From positions 1 to 44,518 of the forward strand of contig PWWM01000065.1 of assembly GCA_003561495.1 (NCBI GenBank): a DNA stretch of 44,518 bases, written 5' to 3'. This DNA is from Gammaproteobacteria bacterium. Lineage in GTDB: Bacteria > Pseudomonadota > Gammaproteobacteria > Xanthomonadales > Wenzhouxiangellaceae. Numbering within the stretch: position 1 is the first letter of the stretch; each line of letters starts with the position of its first letter. The notes below the pieces were generated by a model. That model worked only from the letters and a program-made list of their open reading frames with translations, searched no databases and had not been told where the DNA came from. Below, one piece after another: positions 27,901-37,071 of the stretch. The translations under genes were made by a program, and so were the position numbers.

Positions 27901-28930
27901 CCAGATCTGTATTGAAACCAATGATCCCAGGCGAAGCGTGATGGCCGTTCCGGTCGAGCTGGAAGTGGCGGCCATCGATCCACCGGTGATCAGCGTGATT
28001 CCCTCCAGCCTGTCGATTTCGCTTGAGATCGACGATGCCGACACGCAGGTGTTCACCATCAACAACCAGGGCGAGCAGCGCCTGGATTGGGCGATCGATG
28101 ACACCTCGACCGGATGTGCCCTGCCCGGTTGGGCCGATGTCAATCCGGTATCGGGTTCGATCGATGAAAACGACAACAGGGCCGTCTTTGTCGACTTCGA
28201 CGCCGCGGGACTGGCGCCGGATACCTACCATGCCAAGGTGTGCATCGACAGCAATGACCCGGTCAACCCGATTGCCGAAGTGGATCTGCAGCTAGAAGTA
28301 CTTCCGCCGGACAATCCCGAACCGGTGCTGACCTCGATTGATCCGGACTCGATCGAGGTCGGCAGCGGTGACTTTACCCTGAGCGCCATCGGACAGGATT
28401 TCGTGGAAGACTCGGTGGTGCGTTTCGACGGCGTTGACCTGGTGACCACATTTATCAGTGAAACCGAACTGACCGCCGAGGTGCCGGCCGGCGAGGTCAC
28501 CGAACCGGGCAGCGTGGATGTAACCGTGTACAACCCTTCGCCGGGCGGTGGTGAATCCGGTGCACTCGGTTTTCTGGTCATGGAACTGGGCTTGAGCCTG
28601 AACAAGGAATTGACGGATGCCCCGGATCCAATCGACGTCGGCAGTGTTATCGAGTACACGGTCACGGCGACCAACACCGGCAATGTTTCGCTCGACAACG
28701 TGGTGGTCAGCGATCCGCTGCTCGATCCCGATGAAAGGAACTGTGCGAGTGTGGCGCCGGGTAATACCTGTATCCTGACCGGCACTTATACGGTCACCCA
28801 CAATGACATGGATGACGGCATGATCGTCAACACCGCCCAGGCCGAGGCCGACGGTGTCTCTTCCCTGGATGCGGAGCATGTACTGAGCATCGGTGACGAA
28901 GTATTCGCTGACAGATTCGAGGACTTTTAA
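24941..28930 (+). CDS. Large secreted modular protein (carboxypeptidase-regulatory-like, MAM/jelly-roll-like, BACON-like repeats, beta-propeller, IPT/TIG, DUF11-like)
   Basis: Signal peptide MKAIVQ...AGA-V. Three repeats of W(L/A)...SG......V.FD..GL..G.Y....C..(T/S)NDP. Very acidic. Ends GDEVFADRFEDF. Confidence 0.88.
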   Translation: MKAIVQACRIAGWPVFSIGLFTLVLFSSTAGAVEWTVSGTVTDSIEGHPLAATIEVPGTSIDPVEIGLDGQYAIDLPEDEEFELMVTADANGYEVLLVTVGPLTEDIHLDIHLDPDLQACEAPGYYKDFTTYYSEDFDSDDGGYTTDQPGSSPLPWEWGSPTDWPNECSVGDNCWGTKLDGDFQSFSHEILQSGTIDLSAAAGVDGLKLYWDQAWDLFGPNTNEATVEAIVDGVSSTVWENLVFETRFWNRLDADITNAAGNNLRLRWTLDASGTTSTRSGIFVDHVRIEGYQCLFDELPPTVDLQPEQIDQQMFPDQTGSVPLTLENLGDQTLEWAIEVKNTTSGARSISDFAGYYDPANWTVINNPPAVGGFINDEPGPPGELFIVGGDEGVVGYTEIQITVPRDGEVSFDWGFESPVTWYNRAWYRVNDNFTFMTDTWDPVDYFEESETIPVEAGDMIGFRVEVHQGYGGSAALGLTNFNAPTCDSPSSIEWLSLSAESGTVDGNADDSIDIEFDTDGLLPGDYSTTLCVLTNDPMRPVLFVPINLTVQAPAHYGTISGQVDSLGYCNDDLQPAGHAGIEIAGVNTTWNIIADENGEYSVQIDSGESPINITASLPGHLDGVESGLMLGAGAIEIVDFDLFVDSPCARTDPESLEVSVAADGTATESLIIDNVDGAIALNWSVFLHEPAQASPQIRSSHPVPAFSTTENPIQGYVSLDVLDPGNFDVLNDSSGFTSLLASAFVDNDFSEQLFLRSVFHTLFSFDTQTGDFTEIGDVTGGETTSNSFWLSMSYDHSTDTLYSVRWDGQESVLFTIDAVALEATEVGAIGGAGLPGNALVVAIAVDFSGQMYGLELEEEVLIEIDKLSGQASVIGSPGVDMAFEVQEMDFDHSTNTLYWARVPDTSSQTEMMSIDTDTGAASYIGDIDGGSSLVSMSIAVPTPCASPDAIDWLEVITTSGTTAAGSTDTLQVKFDADGLAQGTHEAQICIETNDPRRSVMAVPVELEVAAIDPPVISVIPSSLSISLEIDDADTQVFTINNQGEQRLDWAIDDTSTGCALPGWADVNPVSGSIDENDNRAVFVDFDAAGLAPDTYHAKVCIDSNDPVNPIAEVDLQLEVLPPDNPEPVLTSIDPDSIEVGSGDFTLSAIGQDFVEDSVVRFDGVDLVTTFISETELTAEVPAGEVTEPGSVDVTVYNPSPGGGESGALGFLVMELGLSLNKELTDAPDPIDVGSVIEYTVTATNTGNVSLDNVVVSDPLLDPDERNCASVAPGNTCILTGTYTVTHNDMDDGMIVNTAQAEADGVSSLDAEHVLSIGDEVFADRFEDF

Positions 28931-28978
28931 CCCGGCATGGATTTAGACCACATTCAAGACTTCAAGCAGGGTCCCAAT

Positions 28979-29031
28979 CAAGGCGTCGCTCGCAATCAAT
29001 GGTGATTCCGTTGGCCAGAGCAAGAACGCAG
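28979..29031 (+). repeat. Degenerate copy of the MITE internal module
   Basis: caaggcgtcgctcgcaatcaatggtgattccgttggccagagcaagaacgcag matches the CAAGGCG..CGCA..ATGG..CC.TT..AACGCAG loop module present twice in 18241..18509. Confidence 0.6.
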
Positions 29032-29287
29032 AGAGACAAGCTGAATGTCTGCAGATTAACGACCTCATTTGTAACGACAGGCCGCAGCGTGGTAAGGGAT
29101 GAGTTCCAGGTATTAAGCGCTCGCTGAGCGTGAGCAGATCGAATACGGCGACATGAAAGTGACCTCGGATGCGGCTGATTACTGGGTATAAGGAGACCTT
29201 ACCAAGAGTCAGAGGGTCGGGCGTGCAGTTCTGCGCTCCATTGATGACCTTCCCACTGAATCGGGATCGAGAACACCTGGATGAATT

Positions 29288-29875
29288 TCAATCTGATTCT
29301 CGGGTGGTCGCTGCCCGGTTGAAGAGCAGCTCAGAGATCTCTTCAAATGACATTTCCAATGGCTTGCCGGCTTGTGCTTGACCCGATTGTTCGGGTGCGG
29401 CCGGAAACGAGATACCGTCAAGCGAGGAGCCACCTTCCAATCCAGGTCCCATCTCCATGACGATTCCCATCACGGCCCCACCCGGTAAGTCTCCTTCCGG
29501 AGTTACAAGCCCTTGTGCTGGAGTGATCATGAGTAGCCTGGTTTGAGTGGCATGAAAGGCTTGAATGGAGAGAATCTTCAAGTGTTCGGGTGCGTACCCG
29601 TCAGGCAATTGGAAGATGACGCTGTCGAGGGGCTCAAAAATGTCCATGCAATTGCCCTCCACATCAACCACCACCGGAAATCCCCGCAAGTGCACCATCC
29701 CCTGGGCATCTTTCTTGACCCTATCAATCGCGACAATAGTCCCTACTCTGCCAATCTCTTCAGCAAAATATCTCGCACCGGACGGCAAGCTCGTTCGGTG
29801 AAGTGTGTCTGCGGACACCGTCCAGGATGCTTCAACCGGACGGCTGAACGATTTCGAGGTGATTCCTTGTGGCAA
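29288..29875 (-). CDS. Hypothetical protein or gene fragment
   Basis: 195-aa open frame in an otherwise unexplained gap. No recognised motif and no clear RBS. Confidence 0.35.
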   Translation of the reverse strand: MPQGITSKSFSRPVEASWTVSADTLHRTSLPSGARYFAEEIGRVGTIVAIDRVKKDAQGMVHLRGFPVVVDVEGNCMDIFEPLDSVIFQLPDGYAPEHLKILSIQAFHATQTRLLMITPAQGLVTPEGDLPGGAVMGIVMEMGPGLEGGSSLDGISFPAAPEQSGQAQAGKPLEMSFEEISELLFNRAATTRESD

Positions 29876-29953
29876 GCATTAACGGAGTGTGGCGAAGTTT
29901 CCTGGCCGATGACGCTGTCACCCCATGAGGAATCGCGCTTTTGAGGTCTGGTA

Positions 29954-32900
29954 ATGAGGTTACAACTCACAATTCATCTTCCGATCATGCTGGTTGCGAT
30001 GTGCGTTGCCCCGGGCGTGACCATCGCCCAATCGGAGACGACAGAATGGATCATGACCACCGGTGTCTGGAATCAGTCTTCCAACTGGTCCAATGGCGTT
30101 CCCACCGAGTCCGTCGCGGCGGTCATCAACAATGGTGGCACGGCGGCGGTGCAGAACACTGACGCGGCCGCTCTGCGTCTGCATGTGGGTTCTCAGGTGG
30201 ACACTTCCGGCACGCTTGCGGTTCGTGATGGCCGGAGCCTGACGACCGGAATGACCACTCGCATTGGCCAGACTGGCGTCGGCACCCTCTACGTGATTGA
30301 GGGCGGCGACCTGATCAGCCAGTCTTCGGCACACGTGTCCACCACGGCATCCGGACAAACCAGCACGGCACTCGTGCAAGGCCATGATTCCTCCTGGCAG
30401 GTCACCGGTCAGTTCTATGTGGCTTTTGAGGGGCGCGGCGCCGTGACCGTGGCTGATGGCGGGCAGTGGGAGGTCAGTGATTTTGTTCAGGTCGGTACCC
30501 AGGCCTCGGCCGAGGGCCAGGTAGTGGTGCGCGGCCAGGGCAGCTATTGGAGCGTCGGAGCATTGGCCCAGGTTTCTCCTCTGACCATTGGTCTGTGGGG
30601 AACCGGGGAGGTGGTCGTCGAAGACGGTGGAACGGCCAGCTTGGGTGAGGGCTCGGCGGTCAGGCTTGGCGTGGCAGCGAGCGCCAATGCAACGCTTCGC
30701 ATCGGAACCGGCAATGCGCCGGGCATCATCGACGTCGCCATGATCGAAGGTTTGGAAGGCGATGCGCGCGTTGTCTTCGACCATGACCATGACGACCATT
30801 ACTTCACCCGCAACGGTCAAGCCAGTGGGCTGCCGGTCGAAATCAGTGGTTCCACGCAACTCGAGCATATCGGCGCCGGCACCACCGTCATCGAAGGTGA
30901 GCATGCGTATACGGGCGCAACCACGATTGATGGCGGCACGCTGGTAATCAATGGGGTCAGCGCCGGATCCGAGATCACGGTGAATGCCGGCGGCAGACTG
31001 GCGGGCCAGGGCCAGGTCAGCGATGTGCTGGTCGATGGCGGCACACTCTCACCGGGTGATGCCATCGGCACCTTGACGACCGGCGCTCTGACGCTGGGCG
31101 AGACCGCAATCATTGAATACGAACTGACTGCACCGGACATGACCGGCGAGGGGGTCAATGACCTGGTCGTTGTTGATGGCGACCTGGTGCTCGATGGAAT
31201 CGTCCATCTGATCAATGGGCAGGATATCGAACCGGGAACCTATACCTTGATGACCTATACCGGGTCTCTGGTCGACAATGGCCTGGATGTGGACAACCTG
31301 CCGCCGGGATTCGCCGCCGAGGTCGACACGAACAACGCCGGCGAAGTTCGCATCGTGGTCAGTCAGACTGCCGGCACTCGTTACGTGTCCACCGATGGCA
31401 GCGATACGGACAATGCCTGTCTGGCGATTGAAACGCCGTGCGAAACCATTGCCCATGCCATCACCGTGGCCTTGGATCATGACGATATTCTGATTGGCGC
31501 AGGGACTTACACGGAGAGCTTGACCCTGGACAAACCCCTGTCGCTACTTGGCGAGGGGCGGGATCAGACCATGATCCAGGCCCATGCCGATCCTGGCGAA
31601 GCCGACGATCGGGTCATCCTGATTCCGGAAGGCACCGGCTCGGCAACCCTGGCCGCCATGACCATTCGTCATGGCTACACCACCGGCACCGGTCCGATCG
31701 ATGGTCGCGGCGGCGGCATCCACAACCGGGAAGCCGACCTCACCCTGGTCGATGTCACCCTGCGTGACAGTACCGGGACCGTGGTCGGGGGTGGCCTGTA
31801 TCACAACAGTGGTACGCTGGTGATGGACGGCGGCGTGCTGGTCGGCAACAACTCGAACCTGGGTGCGGGGATCAACCTTGCCGGTAGTCAATTCACCCAT
31901 ACCATTCAGAATTCGGTATTCAGGAACAATGTGGCGGACTCCCGGGGCGGCGGTTTGCACATCCCCAACCGCACCTCGGTCAATCTGTTCAATACCGCTT
32001 TTGTCGGCAACGAGGCCGGAGACGACGGCGGTGGATTATTGATCGGTAACCAGGTTGACGCCCTGGTGATCAATTCGACGTTGAGTGGCAATGTTGCCGG
32101 TAGACGCGGTGCGGCCATCAAGAATGGGCTGGGCACGATCGCTGATCTGCTCAACGTCATCATCTGGAACAACGAGGCCGATGGTGATTCCAGTTCCACT
32201 TCGGCATCCATTGACAATCTGGAGCATTCGACGACGAACATTTCTCATAGTCTGATCGCCAATTCCGGAGGCAGTGGCGAGGACTGGGATCCGGAGATTG
32301 GCAACGACGGCGGTAACAACCTCGACACCGATCCCCTGTTCGTCGCTGCAGTCGACCCGGCCGATGCGCCTGCCGTCTCGGGCGATCTGCGTTTGAAGCC
32401 GGACTCGCCGGCCATCGATGCCGGGGACAACGATGCATTTGATGCCGGCCTGCCCGACCGGGATCTGGCAGGCTACGCAAGGTTGGCCGGTTTGGCCGTT
32501 GACCTTGGCGCTTATGAAACCCCCTCTTCCCAGTGTCCGGTGGCAGGGGTGGTGCATGTCAATCAGGAGGCCACCGAGCCGCTCGATGGCCTGACCTGGG
32601 CTTCGGCATTCATCGACCTGCAGGATGCCTTGCGCGTGGCCGAGCCCTGCCAGATCTGGGTGGCTCGAGGCACTTATCTTCCCACAGTCGATCCAGGTGA
32701 CCGTTCGGCCAGCTTCACCATCGCGCATGATGGTATTGCGCTCTATGGCGGCTTTGCCGGCAACGAATCCAGTCTTGCCGATCGCGACTGGGAAGTCAAC
32801 GAGACCATTCTCAGCGGGGACATCAATGCGACGGGCGATCTGTCAGGCAATGCCTATCATGTTGTCGTTGTCGATGGTCAAGGCGGTGACAAAATTACAA

Positions 32901-34129
32901 ACTCAACCGTTATCGACGGCTTTTTCATTACCGCCGGCAATGCCAACGGTGGCGTTCCCCGCAACTTGGGTGGTGGCATGGTCTGTCGCGGCCAGGGTGG
33001 CGGCAATGAATGCAGCCCATCTATCAGCAATGTCATGTTTTCCGGCAATCAGGCCAGTTCGCGCGGGGGAGGCATGTTCAACGACGGGCGATTTGGCGGC
33101 AACGCCAGCCCTGTTCTGAGCCATGTCAATTTTGACGGGAACTGGGCAGGCGCGCGGGGTGGCGGCATGCTCAATGACGGTCGAAGCGGCAACAGCAGTC
33201 CGATTCTGTATCAGGTCCGTTTTACCGGCAACCATGTCAGCATGGGCGGCGGAGGCATGATGAACGACGGCAGGGAAGGATTGAGCAGTCCGACACTCAA
33301 GCAGGTGTTCTTTCAGGACAATGTCGCCAACTGGGGTGGGGGAATGGCGAATGATGGAGTCAATGGAGATGGGACCTCCACGCTGACCGATGTGGTATTC
33401 ATTGACAACACCGCCGAATGGACCGGCGGAGGGATGTGGAACGGTATCATGGAGTTCGGGACCAGCAACCCGGTGTTGATCAATGTCGCCTTTATCGGCA
33501 ACTCCGCCGGTCAATTCGGGGGCGGGTTGTACAACTATGCCCAGACTGGCACCAGCAGCCCGGTGCTGACCAACGTGTTGTTCAGCGGCAATGCCACGAA
33601 CGATGCCGGCGGTGGACTCGCCCACCTGGCTGCCAACATCGGCGACAGCGAACCCGTTTTGACCAACGTCACTTTCAGCGGCAACTCGGCCGCCAATCAC
33701 GGCGCGGCCATCTTCAGCTCCGGCAGTGACATCATGGTCGAGATCCGCAACAGTGTTCTCTGGAACAATTACCCGCAGTCGATTCGCAACCTCGAAGGCG
33801 CTCACTCGACGGTCAGCCACAGCCTGGCCGAAGGCTGCAAGCCGGGGGGCATCTGGATGAGCGATTGCGGTGATGAAATCGATGCATCCAACCTGCCCGA
33901 CGAGGACCCGGCTTTCCTCGATCCGGTCGATCCGGCCAGTGCGCCCACCATGGATGGGAACTTGCGCTTGAGGGCGAATTCTCCGGGCATTGCCGCCGGC
34001 AACAGTGACTTCGTCGAAGATGTGTCCAAGGACCTGGACGGAAATCCTAGAGTGACCGGCAACGCCGTGGACCTGGGCGCATTCGAACTGGCCGATTCAG
34101 TGTTTGGCGACCGCTTCGAGCCGCCCTGA
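29954..34129 (+). CDS. Secreted adhesin-like protein: autotransporter-passenger-type beta-strand repeats, right-handed beta-helix (Pmp-like GGG/FxxN repeats) and two choice-of-anchor Q-like domains
   Basis: Signal peptide. YTGATTIDGGTLVING, LSPGDAIGTLT. Tandem ~29-aa GGGM.NDG..SP.L..V.F.GN repeats. Two copies of DP.F...G.LRL...SP.I.AG...DL.G..R.....VDLGA(Y/F)E. Ends DSVFGDRFEPP with no beta-barrel. Confidence 0.9.
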   Translation: MRLQLTIHLPIMLVAMCVAPGVTIAQSETTEWIMTTGVWNQSSNWSNGVPTESVAAVINNGGTAAVQNTDAAALRLHVGSQVDTSGTLAVRDGRSLTTGMTTRIGQTGVGTLYVIEGGDLISQSSAHVSTTASGQTSTALVQGHDSSWQVTGQFYVAFEGRGAVTVADGGQWEVSDFVQVGTQASAEGQVVVRGQGSYWSVGALAQVSPLTIGLWGTGEVVVEDGGTASLGEGSAVRLGVAASANATLRIGTGNAPGIIDVAMIEGLEGDARVVFDHDHDDHYFTRNGQASGLPVEISGSTQLEHIGAGTTVIEGEHAYTGATTIDGGTLVINGVSAGSEITVNAGGRLAGQGQVSDVLVDGGTLSPGDAIGTLTTGALTLGETAIIEYELTAPDMTGEGVNDLVVVDGDLVLDGIVHLINGQDIEPGTYTLMTYTGSLVDNGLDVDNLPPGFAAEVDTNNAGEVRIVVSQTAGTRYVSTDGSDTDNACLAIETPCETIAHAITVALDHDDILIGAGTYTESLTLDKPLSLLGEGRDQTMIQAHADPGEADDRVILIPEGTGSATLAAMTIRHGYTTGTGPIDGRGGGIHNREADLTLVDVTLRDSTGTVVGGGLYHNSGTLVMDGGVLVGNNSNLGAGINLAGSQFTHTIQNSVFRNNVADSRGGGLHIPNRTSVNLFNTAFVGNEAGDDGGGLLIGNQVDALVINSTLSGNVAGRRGAAIKNGLGTIADLLNVIIWNNEADGDSSSTSASIDNLEHSTTNISHSLIANSGGSGEDWDPEIGNDGGNNLDTDPLFVAAVDPADAPAVSGDLRLKPDSPAIDAGDNDAFDAGLPDRDLAGYARLAGLAVDLGAYETPSSQCPVAGVVHVNQEATEPLDGLTWASAFIDLQDALRVAEPCQIWVARGTYLPTVDPGDRSASFTIAHDGIALYGGFAGNESSLADRDWEVNETILSGDINATGDLSGNAYHVVVVDGQGGDKITNSTVIDGFFITAGNANGGVPRNLGGGMVCRGQGGGNECSPSISNVMFSGNQASSRGGGMFNDGRFGGNASPVLSHVNFDGNWAGARGGGMLNDGRSGNSSPILYQVRFTGNHVSMGGGGMMNDGREGLSSPTLKQVFFQDNVANWGGGMANDGVNGDGTSTLTDVVFIDNTAEWTGGGMWNGIMEFGTSNPVLINVAFIGNSAGQFGGGLYNYAQTGTSSPVLTNVLFSGNATNDAGGGLAHLAANIGDSEPVLTNVTFSGNSAANHGAAIFSSGSDIMVEIRNSVLWNNYPQSIRNLEGAHSTVSHSLAEGCKPGGIWMSDCGDEIDASNLPDEDPAFLDPVDPASAPTMDGNLRLRANSPGIAAGNSDFVEDVSKDLDGNPRVTGNAVDLGAFELADSVFGDRFEPP

Positions 34130-34225
34130 CAAGATCAATCTTCGACCTGTCGAACCGGGAGTATTCCGGTCAGGCGGTAGAATGCTGCAATCAGGCCCAC
34201 ACAAGCCAGGCACGGGTTGGCTGAC

Positions 34226-37000
34226 ATGACTGATACCGAAAGCCGCTACTGGAAGGAACTCCGTCAACTGTTCCACGGCGCGCTGGCTTTGCCGGAAGGC
34301 CGGCGCCGGGAGTGGCTTGAGGAACAGTGTCCGGATTCACCCGAGCAGGTCGAGGAGGTGCTTGAATTGCTAAAGCGCCACGACACGGATGATGAGTGGG
34401 TCGATCGCGCGGTTTCCGGCATGGCCCGGGATGTGGATGCCCCTGATGCCGTGCCCGAGTCACGCCAGCTCGGGCCTTACCGAATCATCGAAGCACTCGG
34501 TCGCGGCGGCATGGGTACGGTCTACCTGGCCGAGCGCGACGATGATGAATACCATAGCCGCGTGGCCATCAAGCTGATCCGAGGCTTCCCCGGTGACGAA
34601 GCGCTGGAGCGGCTCAGGCGCGAGCGCCAGATCCTGGCCGATCTTTCCCATCCGAACATCGCGCGTCTGCTCGACGGCGGCAGCACCGAAGACGGTCAAC
34701 CCTATCTGGTCATGGAGCACATCGACGGGGCGCCGATCACGCAGTGGTGTCGCGAACAAAGGCTTGATCGCCACGCGCGCATCCGCTTGTTCTTGCCCGT
34801 GTGCGATGGTGTTCACTACGCCCACCAGAACCTGGTCATCCACCGCGACATCAAGCCGGGCAATGTGCTGGTCAACCGTGAAGGCCGCCCGATGTTGCTC
34901 GATTTCGGCATCGCCAAGCTGCTGTCGACCCCGACCGCCAGCGCGGAGCAGACCACCCGTTACTACACGCCGGGCTATGCGAGTCCCGAGCAGCTTGAAG
35001 GCCGGCCGGTGACCACCGCCTGTGATGTGTACAGCCTCGGTCGCCTGCTGCTGGCCGTGCTGGGTTTCGAGGACGATGCCAGGCGCCCCCCCGGACAGGA
35101 AACGCTGGGGCGAACGGTCTGGCAGCGCCAACTGCCGCGTGATCTGGCCGCCATCATCGATCAGTCCACGCGCACGGAGCCGGCAAAGCGCTACTCGTCG
35201 GTGGCTGCGCTCAAGGCCGATCTGGTCAATTACCTTCAAGGCAGGGCCGTGGATGCGGTCCCCAGCAGCTTCACCTATCGACTCGGCAAGTTCGTACTGC
35301 GCCATCGCGCCGCGGTGGCCGCGGCAGTGCTGGCGCTTGCTGTCACCGCTACCATGGCCTGGCAGTGGTTCGGCGAATATCAAAGCGCCCGGCTGGCCGA
35401 AGCGGCCGCCGCCCGCGAGGCACAGCATGCCGGCCAGGTGCTCGACTTTTTGATCGACATCATCGGTTCGGCTTCTCCCGAACAGTCGCTGGACCGCGAT
35501 GTGACCGTGGCCGAGGTGCTCGAGCGCGGTTACCGCACCCTGCAGGAAAGCCGCGGCCTTGAGCCGGCGCTCGAGTACCGTATGCTGCTGGCGCTCGGCG
35601 AGGTGTATCAACAACTTGAAGCCTACGACCAGGCCGACAAGCTGCTGGAACGCGCCGGTCAATCGACCGAGCCCGAAGTCCGTGCCCGTGCGTTGAGCCT
35701 GCTGGGGTACGTGCGAACTCGCCATCAGCGTTTTGACGAAGCTGAAGCGCCTCTTCGAAAAGGGCTGGCCATGATTGAGCAGGATGCCGACGTGTCGGCC
35801 GGCGCCCGCCTGAGCCTGCGCAACCACTGGGGGTTGTGGCTGTTGGAAACCGGTGACACCGAGGCGGCCCGAGCGCAGTTTTCAAGTGTGGTCGATGCGT
35901 CTCGCAAGCTGTCCGAGGAGGAAACAAGGACCGCCCGGTTTCTGCACAATCTCGCTCTGTCCGAACAGCGCCTGGGCCGGAACGAACCGGCCGCCGAGCT
36001 GTATCGCGAGGCCCTGGCGATCATGGAGCGCACCGTCGGCGAGTCGCATCCCGATTACGCGCTCAGCCAGCGCCTGCTGTCACAGATTCTCAGGCGCCTG
36101 GGCGACCACCGGGGCGCGCGCGAAGCCATCGAGCAGAGCGTGCAAACACGCATCAGGCTATTCGGCGAGGGTCACCCCGGCCTGCACGCCGACTACAACG
36201 AGCTGGCCAACGCCCATCACGACCTGGGCGAGTTCGAGGAAGCCATCGGTCTGTACGAAGCGGCGCTGGAGTGGATCGAAAGCCTGGACTCGGAATCCTT
36301 CGCTCGCGCCATTTATACCAACAACCTGGCCTCCGCCCACCGCGATCGTGGCGATCCCGAACGCGCCAGCCCGCTGTTTCGAAAATCCCTGGAGCTGCGT
36401 CGGGACATTCTGGGCGAGGAACACGCGTCGGTCGCCATCGCCTTGCACAATCTTGCCGGCAACCTTTTGATGGCCGGCGAACTGGATGAAGCCGAGGCGC
36501 TCATTGACGCGGCCATTGCCATGCGTATCCGGCTGTTTGGCGAGGATCACCAGGCCACCCAGTTTTCGCGTGCGCTGGCTGGCCGGCTGGCTGCACTTCA
36601 AGGCGATTTCCAACGCGCCGAGGATCGGCAACGCAATGCATTGAGCGCTATGGGCGAACACCTGCCCGATAACAATCTCTGGATGCTGACTGTGCGCGGG
36701 GATCTGGCCGGCACGCTGATCGAGCGCGGATCGCTGGAAGAGGCCGAGGCCATGCTGACCGAGACCATCGACCTGTACCGGGAAGCACTGGACCCGGACC
36801 ATCCGCTGGCCGCTGCCCTTGAAGTCGACCTGGCCCGAATCGAACTGCTCGACGGCCGCGCCGAATCGGCGCAGGAGCGACTGGCGCGAACAGCGCCTCT
36901 CCTGCAAGCCAGCATGGTGTCAGACTCCGAAGTACTGAGACAACTCGATTGTCTCCAGCAGGAACGCATCGAATGGAATTGCTGGCGGAATCATCCGTAA
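34226..37000 (+). CDS. Hanks-type Ser/Thr protein kinase with TM and extracytoplasmic TPRs
   Basis: LGRGGMGTVYLA, VAIKLI, IHRDIKPGN, LLDFGIAK, TPGYASPEQ, TM, then kinesin-light-chain-like TPRs. Confidence 0.95.
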   Translation: MTDTESRYWKELRQLFHGALALPEGRRREWLEEQCPDSPEQVEEVLELLKRHDTDDEWVDRAVSGMARDVDAPDAVPESRQLGPYRIIEALGRGGMGTVYLAERDDDEYHSRVAIKLIRGFPGDEALERLRRERQILADLSHPNIARLLDGGSTEDGQPYLVMEHIDGAPITQWCREQRLDRHARIRLFLPVCDGVHYAHQNLVIHRDIKPGNVLVNREGRPMLLDFGIAKLLSTPTASAEQTTRYYTPGYASPEQLEGRPVTTACDVYSLGRLLLAVLGFEDDARRPPGQETLGRTVWQRQLPRDLAAIIDQSTRTEPAKRYSSVAALKADLVNYLQGRAVDAVPSSFTYRLGKFVLRHRAAVAAAVLALAVTATMAWQWFGEYQSARLAEAAAAREAQHAGQVLDFLIDIIGSASPEQSLDRDVTVAEVLERGYRTLQESRGLEPALEYRMLLALGEVYQQLEAYDQADKLLERAGQSTEPEVRARALSLLGYVRTRHQRFDEAEAPLRKGLAMIEQDADVSAGARLSLRNHWGLWLLETGDTEAARAQFSSVVDASRKLSEEETRTARFLHNLALSEQRLGRNEPAAELYREALAIMERTVGESHPDYALSQRLLSQILRRLGDHRGAREAIEQSVQTRIRLFGEGHPGLHADYNELANAHHDLGEFEEAIGLYEAALEWIESLDSESFARAIYTNNLASAHRDRGDPERASPLFRKSLELRRDILGEEHASVAIALHNLAGNLLMAGELDEAEALIDAAIAMRIRLFGEDHQATQFSRALAGRLAALQGDFQRAEDRQRNALSAMGEHLPDNNLWMLTVRGDLAGTLIERGSLEEAEAMLTETIDLYREALDPDHPLAAALEVDLARIELLDGRAESAQERLARTAPLLQASMVSDSEVLRQLDCLQQERIEWNCWRNHP

Positions 37001-37071
37001 GAGGCGCCGGAAACAGCCGCCCTGTTCTGTTAGAGTCATGGCTTCCTGGAGTGCTTTCATGGTGACCGGCA

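Noticed and set aside
32960-33720. Periodic sequence as a CRISPR array or DNA repeat
   Set aside because: It is the coding ~29-aa beta-helix repeat with divergent codons, with no identical repeats or unique spacers.
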